A DNA stretch of 64,000 nt from Styela clava (taxonomy: Eukaryota), in NCBI RefSeq assembly GCF_964204865.1, contig NC_135251.1, forward strand, positions 20,956,001-21,020,000, given 5' to 3'. Below are positions 29,550-50,897 of this stretch, piece by piece. Within the stretch, counting starts at the first letter, position 1, and each line of letters opens with the position of its first letter. Both the position numbers and the translations under genes were made by a program. Under the pieces are notes generated by a model that saw only the letters and a list, made by a program, of their open reading frames with translations, did not search any database and was not told the origin of the DNA.

Positions 29550-30982
29550 CTGATTTAAGTAATTTTTGTAAAAGGTTGACCCAAACAAATTGTTTTCGAT
29601 TTTACGTATTGACCTATCGTTTTGATTTAATTTTTTTCAACTGGACACGAAGAAAATTTCTGATATACTCTCAATAATTTGTTGCTATAGTAGTTGTTTG
29701 CTGTGACAAAAATAACTTATTCTTCCGCTTCTGGGCCAATTTGAATAGCCTGAAAATGTTTAAAGACATAGTTTAGTGATTCTGTTTATTTATGCTACAG
29801 ATGATTAGCGCATTGTTTGTCAATACAATGTTCGAATGAAGCATCATTGGGCTTCTAATTTTAATTTATCCGTCTTTATAAGAATGTAGCTAATATTCGT
29901 TTTACTGGCGAAACGTTACAGAAACAACCCGTGTGAGTTCACTTCCCATGATTCGACAAAGAATATCAAGGCTTACGCCATCTGACCGCGCTTGTTTGTG
30001 TTTTGCTTCCAGTTTACATAAAACATCCTATAAAAACAAGCCTTCATCAATTTTATGTACATAATCACGCCGTTCAATTACGTATATTGTGAAGTTACGT
30101 TGGCAATAAATAAGGTGCGATCAGGAGGGAGCCCGTTGTAACTCGAGTTAGATAAGAAACTGCTTTGGTAACGTTGCTCTTTTAAAATTGAAATATAGAC
30201 TTCAAATATAGCCGTCATTATCATATCTGGAGCCATCAATTTGGGGTTTGGCATTTCCAAATATCTTCAGAACAAGTGCTTGAAATAATCAATGAGTTGA
30301 AAAAGAGGATTACTATCTTAAAAAAAGCTTTCAAACGAAAAGTTTGACAACTGATATTGTGTCATTCCACAAAATCGGAATGCCGCTAGCAAATGAAAAG
30401 CAAACATATACACTAGGTTTCTAGAGGGTGTCTAAACAAGAATTCAACAAAGGAGTTAACAAAGGGCATACTGCAAGAATGAAAAGCATACCTATTCTAT
30501 CAGCATTGTACAAATACCCAGACATATTCATATACCCTATTTCATATAGACATCCGAAAACTGACCCGTATATGCGTTAAACAATATTGTATGCACTAGG
30601 TAAATTTACACAAACTTCTATCACAGCATTTTGCAGTTTGAAACGTGGCTTGCATTGTCCAAAATAATGAAGTTTAGGAGAGTACAAAAGTAGTTTCCGA
30701 CGTGATATTATGAGATAATTGCTTGCTAGGAATAGTGTATAACATAGCAATGAACTGCTTTGAAACAACTGAAGCAGCAATTTTCATGACAATAGAAAAC
30801 GCCGAGCTCGTTGCATATTGGTTATTTTGAATTGGCAGAAAATTCCACCAGTTAGACTGGTTTTCGCATAGGCGAAATTAATGAATGTCATCAGAGCAAC
30901 TAGTTAATTGTTAGGGTGAAAAAGTCAATACAAGTCAATAAAGTAATTCGAGTTTGGTCATTCGAATTCAACGCAGAAGGCT

Positions 30983-31280
30983 CAGTATATTTTTTTCTTA
31001 TCTCGTGGCCCCATTCCAAGTGCTTTTATCATTCATGGCCCCCCTGTTTAGCATTCCAGTGGTATTAATGGTGCTTTTTTTATTGGTAGATTTCAAATTC
31101 AAATATTTTCAAACGATTCATGCTCAACAAAGGGAAAACATCTTGTTATATAGCCTTATTAAGTAATGAAACTAGGAAGAACAAAGAGTTTTGGAGTGAG
31201 AGAAAAAGTAAAATCAGTTTTGCGTCTAGCATGGTGTCCACCCTCCAACTCGGCCACGGCCCCCCGGCTGGAAACCCCTG
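30983..31280. mobile_element. hAT-type MITE, degenerate copy of 32954-33273
   Basis: Collinear identity, e.g. tgtttagcattcc.gt.gtatt...attcatgctcaacaaaggg...aaagtaaaatcagttttgc. Confidence 0.8.
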
Positions 31281-32157
31281 GGCCCTAGCTGGTAAAGCGT
31301 TAGACTTAACGATCTCAGCATAGTAGCAGATTATAGATCTCGGTTACGAATACCATACCCCCTCCTGACCCAGATAGACAATGCCGAACAAGGAAGACTG
31401 CGGCTCTACCAAACTTAGTAGGACCTTTTTAGGTATATATGAGTAGTGCGAACGAATGGCTTGAATAACAGTCGTATAGAAAGTGCCAACCAGATAAACG
31501 AAATTTTTTTAATTGCTTGCTTATATTTTAACTGTATGTTAGAATCGGTCTTATGTCCCCGTTCAAATAATTTTTCGTGGTTATTTGAAGAGCCCAAACA
31601 AATTTGATGAGCGTAAACAAATTTGGCGAGTATCCTGTGGTGGCGAGCTTAGCCGAAAATTTCAGCCTACATCGTGCTGACATCATGCTTTTCTACCATA
31701 ATGTGGACCTAAAATTTTTTTACATTGATCACAATGCAATCAATACGAGTTAAAATGTTTATTTTTAATAGAAACTGAAATAAATTTCATATTTGGGTTA
31801 ATTTTTTTGAAACATTCTGCTGTTTATTAGATGTATAACACTTCAGGAACAAATAAGTCTTTTTAATGCTTAGAATAAAACTTGTATTTGCTTTGCCCAT
31901 AGGTGAATCGTTCACGCGAATTTTCGCTTAGTTACAGCTCCATGCAATAATGCTTGTTTGGTAGGTTTGAGTATACTAATGATATGAATTGCAGTTCACT
32001 CGCACTGTTTGCGCAAAATTCTGAACTGCGTTTAGACTGTACGTTTACTCTATAGAATATTGGTTTGAAAGCAACGTTTGTTAACTTTCTATTCAAATAT
32101 TTCGATTAAATTTCGAAATACTAGGACTGATAAAAAAAAATATATTTCCTATACCAA

Positions 32158-40214
<8,057 letters not shown>

Positions 40215-42549
40215 TATAAAGTGTAAAACTGATCTTATTCATTAGTACCGCGTCAATTAACTGAGAAATAGTAACAGATTGATTAACATGATTTTTAATT
40301 TTAAACATTATTATCAATAACAATTATAAATGATATACGAAGTTAAGTGCACTTCCAGACTTTAGTTCACAATTGCGACACGATCGGTTACCAGTGTTCA
40401 TGGGAGCAAATAAATATACTCTGCTGAATTTGTCAGTTCTTTAAAATACAATGTGTTACCCAAGCTAAGAAAAAAAATAGGTGCAATAGATAAACCGAAT
40501 ATTAATTGAGATGGCCTATTTGGTATCTGGTATTTGGTAAAAATTTTTACACAACTAAATAGTTAAATGCGAGTGCTCGAACTTTTTTCGAATGTGAGTC
40601 AAAAACTTCAGACTAAACGCTTGGACAGTCGTTCATTTATTTATCTACACTCTACAGTCATTCAATGTATCTCTTCTTCTGCTTCTTCCCGATGTGAAAA
40701 AATTGCTTTAATCATTAAGTATCGGACCAATTGCTTTATTGTTATTATGATTCTTCTTTTTGGACACGGAATGTAAATATGGATCACTCTTCTTGCTGTT
40801 GGTTCTCCATAACTTCTGGACCAATAGCTCTCAGTGGTTCAAGATTGTTGTTGCCGCTAGAAGGCAATTACTTTTATCTATTTCGTCATTAAAATCCAAA
40901 ATTTCGCACCGTATGCCGGTTTCACGATCGCACTCAGCGTTTCCGGTTTTCGGTGGAATTTATTCTACTATTAGGAATAAAACTATTTGTAATATTTTAT
41001 GTATTAGACTGACCATCTGCACTAGTATCCTGGCCGGTAGCGGTTTCTTTTGGCCTTCGTATCTATATATTTGAGCGTTGCTTCTTTGTATTTGTATCAC
41101 TTACAGTTTGTTGAAATTTGCAATCACTTTTAATTAGAAAATTACCCCCGACTATAGCTACACCGTCTCCATAGCGCGAGGATAGGGTTTCCAATGGGTT
41201 GGGTCCAGGTAGATTGTTTAGGTTCAATATAACTGTCGGAGATTTGATAACATGGCATCTTAATGTTATCAAATAACAACAATTCTTGCAAATAAAATTA
41301 TTTCCCAGTTACCTGGGGTACTTTTTAATAGCAACAAATCGAGTCAAACATTTTGGTAAATGAGTTCGTTGGCTGACATAAACAAATTTTGAGCAGAATC
41401 TTATAACCTTACAGATGGCGCTAACATATAACGGAAACTGTTTATTATCCGGGTTCATGAGTATGCCAAAAAATGATTTTCTTGATTGAACAATTATAAA
41501 CAATAACACGTCTCAACCTGGCGTTGTCCCGAGCAGGCACCTAAAAATCACCAAAACTATTTAAAGGCATATATGGTTGAGTAGCGTGCTCCTACCGTTA
41601 CTGTTCCTTCCCCATTGCCTATGATGTTGCGTTGATCTTTGTCTGTGGATCTGTATGCAGCGACAGACATAAGACTGTAACAAGCCTCCGTAAGTCTGAC
41701 ATTTGTCAGACAATACAATACAGAATCAAATTTCTGAAAGTGACACCCCGTCCACTAGAATTGAACTACGCTAAACCCTCGGTTGCCCTACGTACGTACA
41801 CTTACAAAAACCTTCTGACTTTCGCGTAGCACGAGTTCGTAAAATTGTAACCGAGGCCGTCACGGTTGGCGAAATAAAAACTGTGTTCCCAATCCCATAC
41901 CGACTGCAAACTATTCTTTCCTAACTTGGCTTAACTTAAAATTTTCACTTCAGGAAACTCACGCTTACGTATTTGCCAATTCACGTTAATATTGAAATGA
42001 CTTATGTATTCGTCAGTGGCACAACAGATGACAACAGAAAACTTATAAATACATCTTTCACCATCGAATGTTTATCGTAAGAAGCCTAAATGTTTTTAGA
42101 TGCAAATTGTTTTCCTGATTTTGCAGTCTAGCGCTCATTAAAGAAAATATTACCTAAAATATGGATTAAGTTTTAAAACGCTGATTGCTGGAATCGCCAA
42201 ACTCATTTTTTCGTCAGGATGACATAATGGTATTCGAAGGAATAGACATAAACGATTAAGCGAAATTTCTTTCTAAGTCCGCGAGTACATTTCATTTAGT
42301 GCTATCGATCTGCTAGTATTTAATGGCTGAGACCAACCACTGTTCTAAAACATTGTTACTCTATGACTCCATATTATTACTTTGCAGCCATTTGTTTTTA
42401 AACAGAAGCCAAAAAAATTCAATAATTTTCTACTCTCAAGCAATGTTATTGAATGATTTATAAATTCATTGCTCCTGGCCATAGAAAACAAGAAAAACCT
42501 AAAATTTTCTTCTGCAAAAAATGGCTTGATTATTCCGGCAATCTTTTCA

Positions 42550-45500
42550 TCACCCCAATAATACTTTGATTTTGTTGTTCATGAGCGACCAAAATATTGC
42601 CCTGAATTAAAGTAAAATACGGCTGCTGTTAACTACTGTCATATATATATATATACTAATTTTTGTCAAGGTTTATCATATATATGGAACGCTTAATCTT
42701 TTGACAGTCAATGCTTTTAAATTTCATATCATTGACGTATTTACCTGTGAGAAGGATTAATCACCTGGTAAATTTAATTTATTCATATTTATTCAAGAGA
42801 ACGTTGAGAGTGCTTTAAAAAAGACTAGTACTAACTCATTTTCCTTTGAAATAATGTTGTAGAATGTTCTTGTTTTGAATCCATTAAAACCACTCGAACA
42901 TGCAAAAGTGTAAGCTCCAGCATCTGTTTGACGAACAAAAAGAAAGTGAAGACTTTTTGTAAAAAAAAGCAATAATTTCATTCAGCAAACATTACCTTTC
43001 CAAAATAGCCAGTCATCGCAGTCCAATTTCGGCACAGATATTTTCTTAGCTAACGCCCGAGCATCGCAAGTTGGACCCCACAACCAAGCGTAATGGCGAT
43101 CCTTGTCTGCTTTTTCCTATAAGGTAAACTATAAACTAGGAAAAAATTTTGTCCAAAAAATAATTTTTAAAATTCTCCGAAATCGAAATGGAAAAATATC
43201 TAATTGTGTGGATGATATGATTTTCATTATTTAGTTTATAATTTCTATTATATATACATATATGCATATCAATTACCCCCGGAACATAAGGATTCATTTC
43301 TCCTGGTAAAGTATCATGCAAATACACCAGAGATCCATACAATCCTTCATTGATGATGTACTCAACATCCACGTTCGGTAGCTTTGTGTGCTCTGGAATA
43401 GATTGTAACATATATAGCAGATTGTATAAATTTACATGAATTCATTTTTACAATAAAATATTCAACTTTGTACATACACGCATCATAAAATCTGATAAAG
43501 TTGTTCCTAGTTTGGTGTTGAACCTTTTCCCCCTCTTTCGTAGAATCACTTACCCCGTTTCGTTATCACATTTGTTGCCAACACAAACGCGGTTGCTGCA
43601 TAATATCTTCCCGGCTCAGCGATAACCTCCAAATTTTTGTATATTTTAGAAGGAAACTCATTTTCTAAAGAGGCATTCACGGATGATGCTATCTGGAAAC
43701 AATTTGTACTTTATGAAAGTAAAAAGGCTGGGATAGTTCAGAAAGTAATATGTAGGAAAGTACAAAATATATAAAATATTTCGGAACATGATTCATATGT
43801 CAAAGTAGGCGTAAACGGGAATGTATCTGATGACAGAAAAAATGAATAACAAAACAACGAAACGATCGCATAGAGAAAATGAGGAAGTCCAGGAATAAAA
43901 AGAGAAGAAATATGAGTGCAAAGGCAGGAATATTAAGATAAATCAAAGTGATGAGAAACATTTAAATTTGTATACTTCCTCAATAGACAGTTTGGATCCT
44001 GGAAGTGCCGGAAACCCTCCTCCGATATCTAAAATGGTGAAATCCATTTCAAACGTCTTTCCGTAATCAAACAGTACTCTTGCGCGTTCGATTGTTTCCC
44101 TAAATGACTTGGCGTCCAGACATCCACTACCGACATGAAAACTGGAATGAAATAGTAATTTTAGTTATTCATTTTATGTAATTCTTTTACACACCTATTC
44201 ATAGATGTTTTAATTTTGAAATGATTCTCAGCAATCTGGAAAAAGGATTTCAAATCAAACTATGGATTAATGAAATCAAATTGACGAAGGTTTCGGTGAT
44301 TAAATGTTTCACTTTCTCATCTTCGTGGATTCGTCTTTAATCGTCATTTCACCTCACTTTCGATGGTGATACATAAAAATTATAAAAAACACCATTATTT
44401 TGATACCTTATTCCTATAATCTTCATATTAGTTAAGCTTGCAGTAGTGATTAGATGTTGAGACTCTTCAAAGGTTGCACCGAACTTGCCATCGAGAGGAA
44501 ACTCAGCTGTTGGATTGTCAACGCTTATTCGTAAAACCAATCTTGAAATAAAATAGTTTTAGATTTTTTTAGGTTTGATTGTTATGATTGTTTAGTCGAC
44601 AGACAAGAGAGAGTATGAAATATAAGCCAGTCCATCCACGGGTATGATATTGTCATTTTTTCTCCACCCGCAGAAGACAAAAAATATTCATGTGATATAG
44701 TTCTAGTTTTAAATTTCCTAAACTTGCATGACAGTATTTTTCATACATTTACAATAAAAAAAATATTTTATATCTTTTTGCATAAAACAGTAACAATTAC
44801 GGGGATCCATATCAAATATTTGAAACAAGACAAACAGCAGGAAAAATTCAGGATACTACAGCATGTGAATTCACTTAATAATATTTTCAAAATCAAATTA
44901 TCTCAGAATAGTAGTAATATTAAACCAAATATATTTTCTGGCAATCATCACCCGTGTTTTTCAGGTTTAAATTTTTTCTCTCATATTTGATTTCAACAAT
45001 TAAATCGGTCTATCTATCTTGTATGAAGAAAACGTTTGGATATACTGAACCGTAATTATGACTTTACCCAGCATTTTTAATTAAAGACAAATAAATAAAA
45101 AACGTAATTAAATTTAAGACCTACTCCGAATCTGGAAAATGTTTCTTGATCTTCTGAAGTTCTAGTTCACTGTCGAATACCAACATTTTCACTCCATTCT
45201 CTCTTGCATGAATAATATGTGAGACTGGTTTTGACGGGTTGGCAAAAATGATAGAATCTGGAGTTGATCCATTGTTTAATACCAAATCAATTTCTTCCTG
45301 AAATAAACTAATTTTAGTAGTCTAAATGATGCTAGTGTTTTTTACTTGGATGTTGTGTTGCGTGCGTTTTAGCAGCTTAGATAGGCCTATCGTTATACAT
45401 GATTATGTAGTTAGTAACAAGCCGCAAATACATTTGCTTTATACAACTTATATATTTTAAATGTTTATAAAGGTGTGAAACTAGAATTACTCATTTGCTT

Positions 45501-46096
45501 ACCTGACTAGCGCAATCAAATCCAGCACCTAATGCAGACAAACACCTAACCATTGGTGGATATGGAGCAACTTTCACTGCATAAAATGGACGCGAGGTGG
45601 GAAATAATTCCTGCCATCTTTTATGCTTTTTTGCAATATCGCCGAAGTCGCATATAAAGAAGCTGTCATCATAATTCTAGAAATAAACACTTCACAATAT
45701 GAAAATACACAATGTAACATATTATTGTATCGCATTTGAGGTTCTTTCACTACATGTACCATTCAGCATGAAACGTATCGCGCAGGTGAAACCAAGTGAA
45801 AATGTATAGTGAGATGTATATAGTGAGTCGGAATATACAACTTTCATTCAAATCGATTGTCGAATTCAAAACTTTCGGAAAAAATAAAAAACGTCAAATT
45901 CTCGATAGACACATAAAAATAAATGTGATTTTCTCGGAATTCGGAGTTGCAGTCAAATTTGGAGTCATATTCGCTTTTAGGCCAAGAGGAATTCAATACA
46001 AAAAAAATGTCGCCTCACCTTGCGACCTTCTGGAGAGTTTGAAATGGTAGTTGCCGCATCGTTCATCGTTATCCCTTCAATTACATCAATGCCGTC
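42550..46096 (-). CDS. ODC1-like: Ornithine decarboxylase-like (group IV PLP-dependent decarboxylase) paralog A; first exon and start codon uncertain
   Basis: Exons: 46096-46019, 45676-45503, 45297-45125, 44541-44407, 44141-43976, 43692-43554, 43392-43277, 43116-42996, 42923-42836, 42601-42550; in frame to TGA. Motifs PFYAVK, GFDCAS, IIFANPSK, VFDSELE, LVLRI, KFGA, SFHVGSG, LDIGGGFP, IAEPGRYY, WGPTCD, GAYT..FNGF. In-frame ATG at 46066. Confidence 0.93.
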
Positions 46097-47470
46097 CTGG
46101 AGAAAAAGTATGATGAGTATCAATACAAAACAAAATTTATATCTATATGATCAAATACGTATCCTCCCAGAGTAGAATATAATACCGAATTTGACGAATT
46201 CAGCAGTTCGCGATATTTTAAGCAAATTTTCCTTCAATAATTGCAAGCTGCTTGTCATAAAATATTGGCAGTTCAATCGAAACTAACTTGTTATAAAGTA
46301 TCAAGGATGTATGAAAAAGTGTTAAGGTTAGTTATGAATAGATTATACGTTGTCATATGACTGAATTTTATGTAGCGGGTTAGTGGCTGTCACGTAGGCA
46401 GCTGGTTCGATTGCTAGGTAAAATAATCACGACGTGTAGTGTCGTGATAAAACGCAGTACCTCTCCAGCCTTTCGAACAAGCACTATTTTTTAAATCTCA
46501 CCTTAGTGCCTATTTGAAACGTTGTGTATTTCGCCATTTCTAGTCTTGTAGAGTACAACAGATATCTAAATTCAAATACCCTAGAAAATCGCTTGTCTAT
46601 CCAACGGTCACTTCAGCCACCTTCCTGTATCATTATTAAGTAAACCTCATCATTGTTATTGGATTGCGTGGAACCCATGGTGTTATCGCAGTATCCTGCT
46701 GCGCAAATACCACTAAGTAAAACGCATAATTGTTGTCCCAATTTTCGTAACACGTCGTGATATCGTAGTACGCGCAAATATCAATATAGTTTGAAGAGTG
46801 TAAAAAAAACTAGATAACTTTAGATAGCCAACACTTTTCACAAGATAGTTGTTTGTTTTTTGTTATTGTGGAATTATCTCTTTTTTGCAAGCAATATACC
46901 AATCGATTACAAAATTCGCAATTTTTTTTCATTTTTTTCAAATTTGCTAGTTTTGAGTCTTATGGGACTTGAAGTTTCACCCAAAATTTTGCATTTATGT
47001 TTTAATTATATCTGTAATCTAAATATTGGGGGCTGTCTTTAGCATATTTTGGGATATGATTTATATGCTTCATCTGTCCAACGAATCAAATCCTAGAACT
47101 TGGGTCTGTTGTTGTTTATAACTGTTCAATCAAGTCATTTTCTTCCCGATATAGCCATGTGGCCGTCTAATTCGAATGCACTGATTTTCTAAAACGTTAA
47201 CGACATCCCTGACGTTATAGAAGCTGACCTAAATTTATCTCAGCCAAACCTTCAAATTTACCGATGTGTTTACTCAGTCATCTCGCCAACCTCATACCAC
47301 TTTAGATTCGGTAAGCTATGTACGGGGCATATTCTATGCGTTGGAGTGATTATGAGCTTTAACAAACTGATTGAAAGTGGTGCACAATTACGGCTGATAA
47401 AAACAGCAGTTGTTTGCTTGAAATTCAAAAAAACTTCTAAATACGCATTTTTGAATTTGTATAGCTTATG

Positions 47471-48344
47471 CAGGGGTGGCCAACCTGCTTTTGACCGCGA
47501 TCGACTAAAATATTCAAAATAGTCTGCAATCGACTGATCGGTAATAAGGTACTACACAAAAACAAATGGATACTGAATACGCAGATAACTGCACACACAC
47601 ATAGGAAAAACTTCACCACTGCCAATAACTCGGCTTTGTGGGCGCATTTTTAATGAAATCACAAAATTTGTATTTTATTGTTCCATTTAGGTTGTTAATT
47701 TGATTATTTAATTGTACCCGGAGTGAATGTTTCATTATTTATTTTATATTTATTCAAATCATACAATTCAGATACTGTCTATGGCCTGCCTAATTTTTAG
47801 ACGGAAGTGTTGAAAATTCCTCAAGAAACCTTGCCAAGTATTCATGTATTATCTGAATAGCGAAAAAAAATATTCTCAAATCATGAATGTTACACGACTG
47901 CTCAAACTTCAGTATCTAATTTACAATTTTCTCCAATTTGCTTAGAATTAGAACAAGTTGTCATGCCACAGCTACCATTGCGGATGAAATTTATCACACT
48001 ACTCTTGGAGTGAGACAATAACTTTTGCATAATGCGGAAGTTGTTGTAGGATCGTTTGTCAGTCTAGAGTAGACTCTAGACACGCGATATTTGGCACTTC
48101 ATTTTTAAATCTTGGCAGCGGAAAAACTTGCTTTTGTTACGTAATAATATGCTTTATAGTGATTGCCCAGACTTAAATACTGTATGTGTATATTGTATTT
48201 TGCGCATGTAAAGTGCTGTATTCTTCCTGTTGTAAACACACAACTGGTTCGAGGCAATTTTGGGGGGTATTTGAATAAAATTCACTCAACATCAGACGCG
48301 ATCGACTGCTCGAGTAGTGGCGATCTACGTGTTGGCCACCCCTG
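47471..48344. mobile_element. Longer member of the 37479-37999 hAT family
   Basis: Same TIRs and subterminal gcgatcgact motifs; flanks gcttatg / gcttatag. Confidence 0.88.
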
Positions 48345-49147
48345 GCTTATAGAATCAATCGTCGTCATTAAAAGTTATAAGAGCCCATGTCAGCTAAAGC
48401 TATTTAGCAAATGTTAATGTTCAGAACATCTTGTCTCAGCTAACCCTTCAGCTGTCCTTTTTACGTTCTGAAGTAAACGCAGGGGGTAAACTCAAATGTC
48501 ACTCAAATGTCATGACCAATATGTCTCTATATTTATCTAAACTTCATTTACATTTAAACAAAAAATCAACGCTGAAATATATCGCTACTATGGCCAAAAG
48601 AAAATATTTTACCCTCAATTTTCCGAAAATCTTTAAAACTTTATTCTGAAAGAAGCTGGTACTGTGGAACAGCTATGGTAACTTACCAGAACCTGTATCA
48701 GACATTAAGCAGGAGATCCACCGACTTTCGCTGAGCACGAGATCCGCTGGACTTAGATAGAAAAAAATATCCCGCTAAGTCCTGTGGAAGTTTTGAATTA
48801 AATAATAGTTATAGCCTTTTATCCAAAACAAAAATCTGTAACTACCTGATATTTTAAAGCAATGGGTGCAGTAAAACAACAAAAACATAATAACAAAACC
48901 ATCCGTAAGTACACTTCGTGAACTTGACTTGCTAAAACCAGTGCTTCCCAAACTTTTTGTGGATGTAAGACATTTGTGAAACACGGAAAATTTGTGACCC
49001 GCGAAAATTATATTTAACCAGTCTTATGATGTTTTGATTCAATGGTTTTAGGCATATTAAGCAGTGGAGTCTTAACCTGATGATTGAAGCAGAATGAATA
49101 AAGTATACGAAATTTGCTTAGCATGTGATGGATTATTCAGCCTAGGC

Positions 49148-49419
49148 CATGGGTTCTCAACCATGGCCCACTGCTGGTCCATAGAAACATTTTCAAGTAG
49201 GCCACAAACCTCTTAATAATAGCTAGAGTTGTTGAATTATTGGTTAAACTTTGATTGTAGCAGCAATGAATAATAATGCTGTCTTTAATTTTCATTCTAC
49301 AGTGTCTATTTTTTCCGAAAGTTTCTCGTAGTTTTTCTCAGGCATGAAAATGTTAATGAAACACCGAATTTTTATGTAATGAAAATGGGCCATGAAAGGG
49401 AAAAGGTTGAGAACCTCTG
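49148..49419. mobile_element. hAT-type MITE (same family as 1842-2105)
   Basis: TIRs catgggttctcaacc / ggttgagaacctctg; 8-bp TSD gcctaggc / tcctaggc. Confidence 0.82.
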
Positions 49420-50897
49420 TCCTAGGCCAATGGCGTACCGCGCATTTTCCCAGTGCGTCCATATATAGCTGTTCAGAGAAATAAGGAACAACAGACAAAA
49501 CAAATATGAACCTATTGGTTTTACTACTCAGATATTTTATGACTTTTATTTCTTTTATTAATGTTGTTGATAGATACTCTTTTCTCACCGAAAAAAAAAT
49601 GTACTATAATTGTGTATATGAAAGCAGGTAAGCTTAGTATCAGAATATATTTATTATACTATGAGAGAGATAAGTATTAGTTGTCTATAAACTATATAGA
49701 CATTTTGATGAAAAGACTGTTTCTCATTAATTTTTTATCTTGTGGTATTGGAGTCGATGCATAGGTCTTATCGCATGCTGATAATTCGATTTGACTTTTT
49801 AAACTAGGAGCTAACGATTCCAGTTGGAAATATTTTTGATTTATTTCAACAAACGATTTTGTGGTTATAATATTATTACACACGAAATGTACATAAACGC
49901 ATAAATTATCGTTTACTCGGAAACTGGGAAAGATGGGACAGTCGGTGTTAAGACCCGTATGTAACCAATGAAAAATAACCAGGCTAATCTTCCGTTGCCA
50001 ACACGCGAGTACATTGCTCAAGTATTGTAGCAACAAGATTGTGGTCTAACTGGTACACGGCAGGGTTGGTAACGTGCTATACATATACAGCCAAAAATAC
50101 GAATAAAAATATATAAATCCCTATTAACTTATATAAGGCCAACCAAAAATAAACATATACTGTACAGCCAATGATGTACATGCACAGGACAGCCAATGCA
50201 TTTTACATATGCTGCGGTTGCCTCCACGTGTTATGGTTATGGACATAACGACGCAAGTCAATTCAGACACATCTGTACATAAGGTTGCAATATAGGATGC
50301 CATAATGCCCCATAACAGCTGATCATTCATAACGCGAGGTATGTGCTGGCAACAACAACGACGATTGGAATTCCTTTTGAATTACTATTGTTCGACCCTT
50401 GGAGCTAAACTGGTGTCAAGCTAATCAAATTAAAGTTTAGTGCAAACTATTAATGCGTTATTTTTTGTTCGGTTCAAAATGCGTCGCCAGATTAGATATA
50501 TCTGTAGGATGAAGCTGAGTTTACTGACGAAATGCAGTAGAGATCTTTCGCTTACAGAAACCCAAAAAACAAGTGTATAGTAGATGCAATAAATTACTAT
50601 GATTAAAGTTCCATTCAACGGTAAGCTTCCACATTTTATTTGCGCATAGTAATACATATAGATGCAGCTGCTCGTAGTGCATGAATATACACGCATTAAT
50701 ATGAAAGTAGCCTACTTGAATACGTACGTTTAATTTCAAATCTTGAATGTCATAATGCCTCACAGTAGATGCTCGCTAATACCACGAGATATGGTGTTGG
50801 TAACGGTGACCGTGCATTTGAACCCACGTTCATTTGAACCCATGTGTATATCCGCGGGTTCAATCTATATGTGGATGCTAAAACCCATGGCTTAGAC

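Noticed and set aside
31282-31360. tRNA-like A/B boxes (tagctggtaaagcg...ggttacgaatacc)
   Set aside because: No cloverleaf can be built; at most a decayed SINE head.
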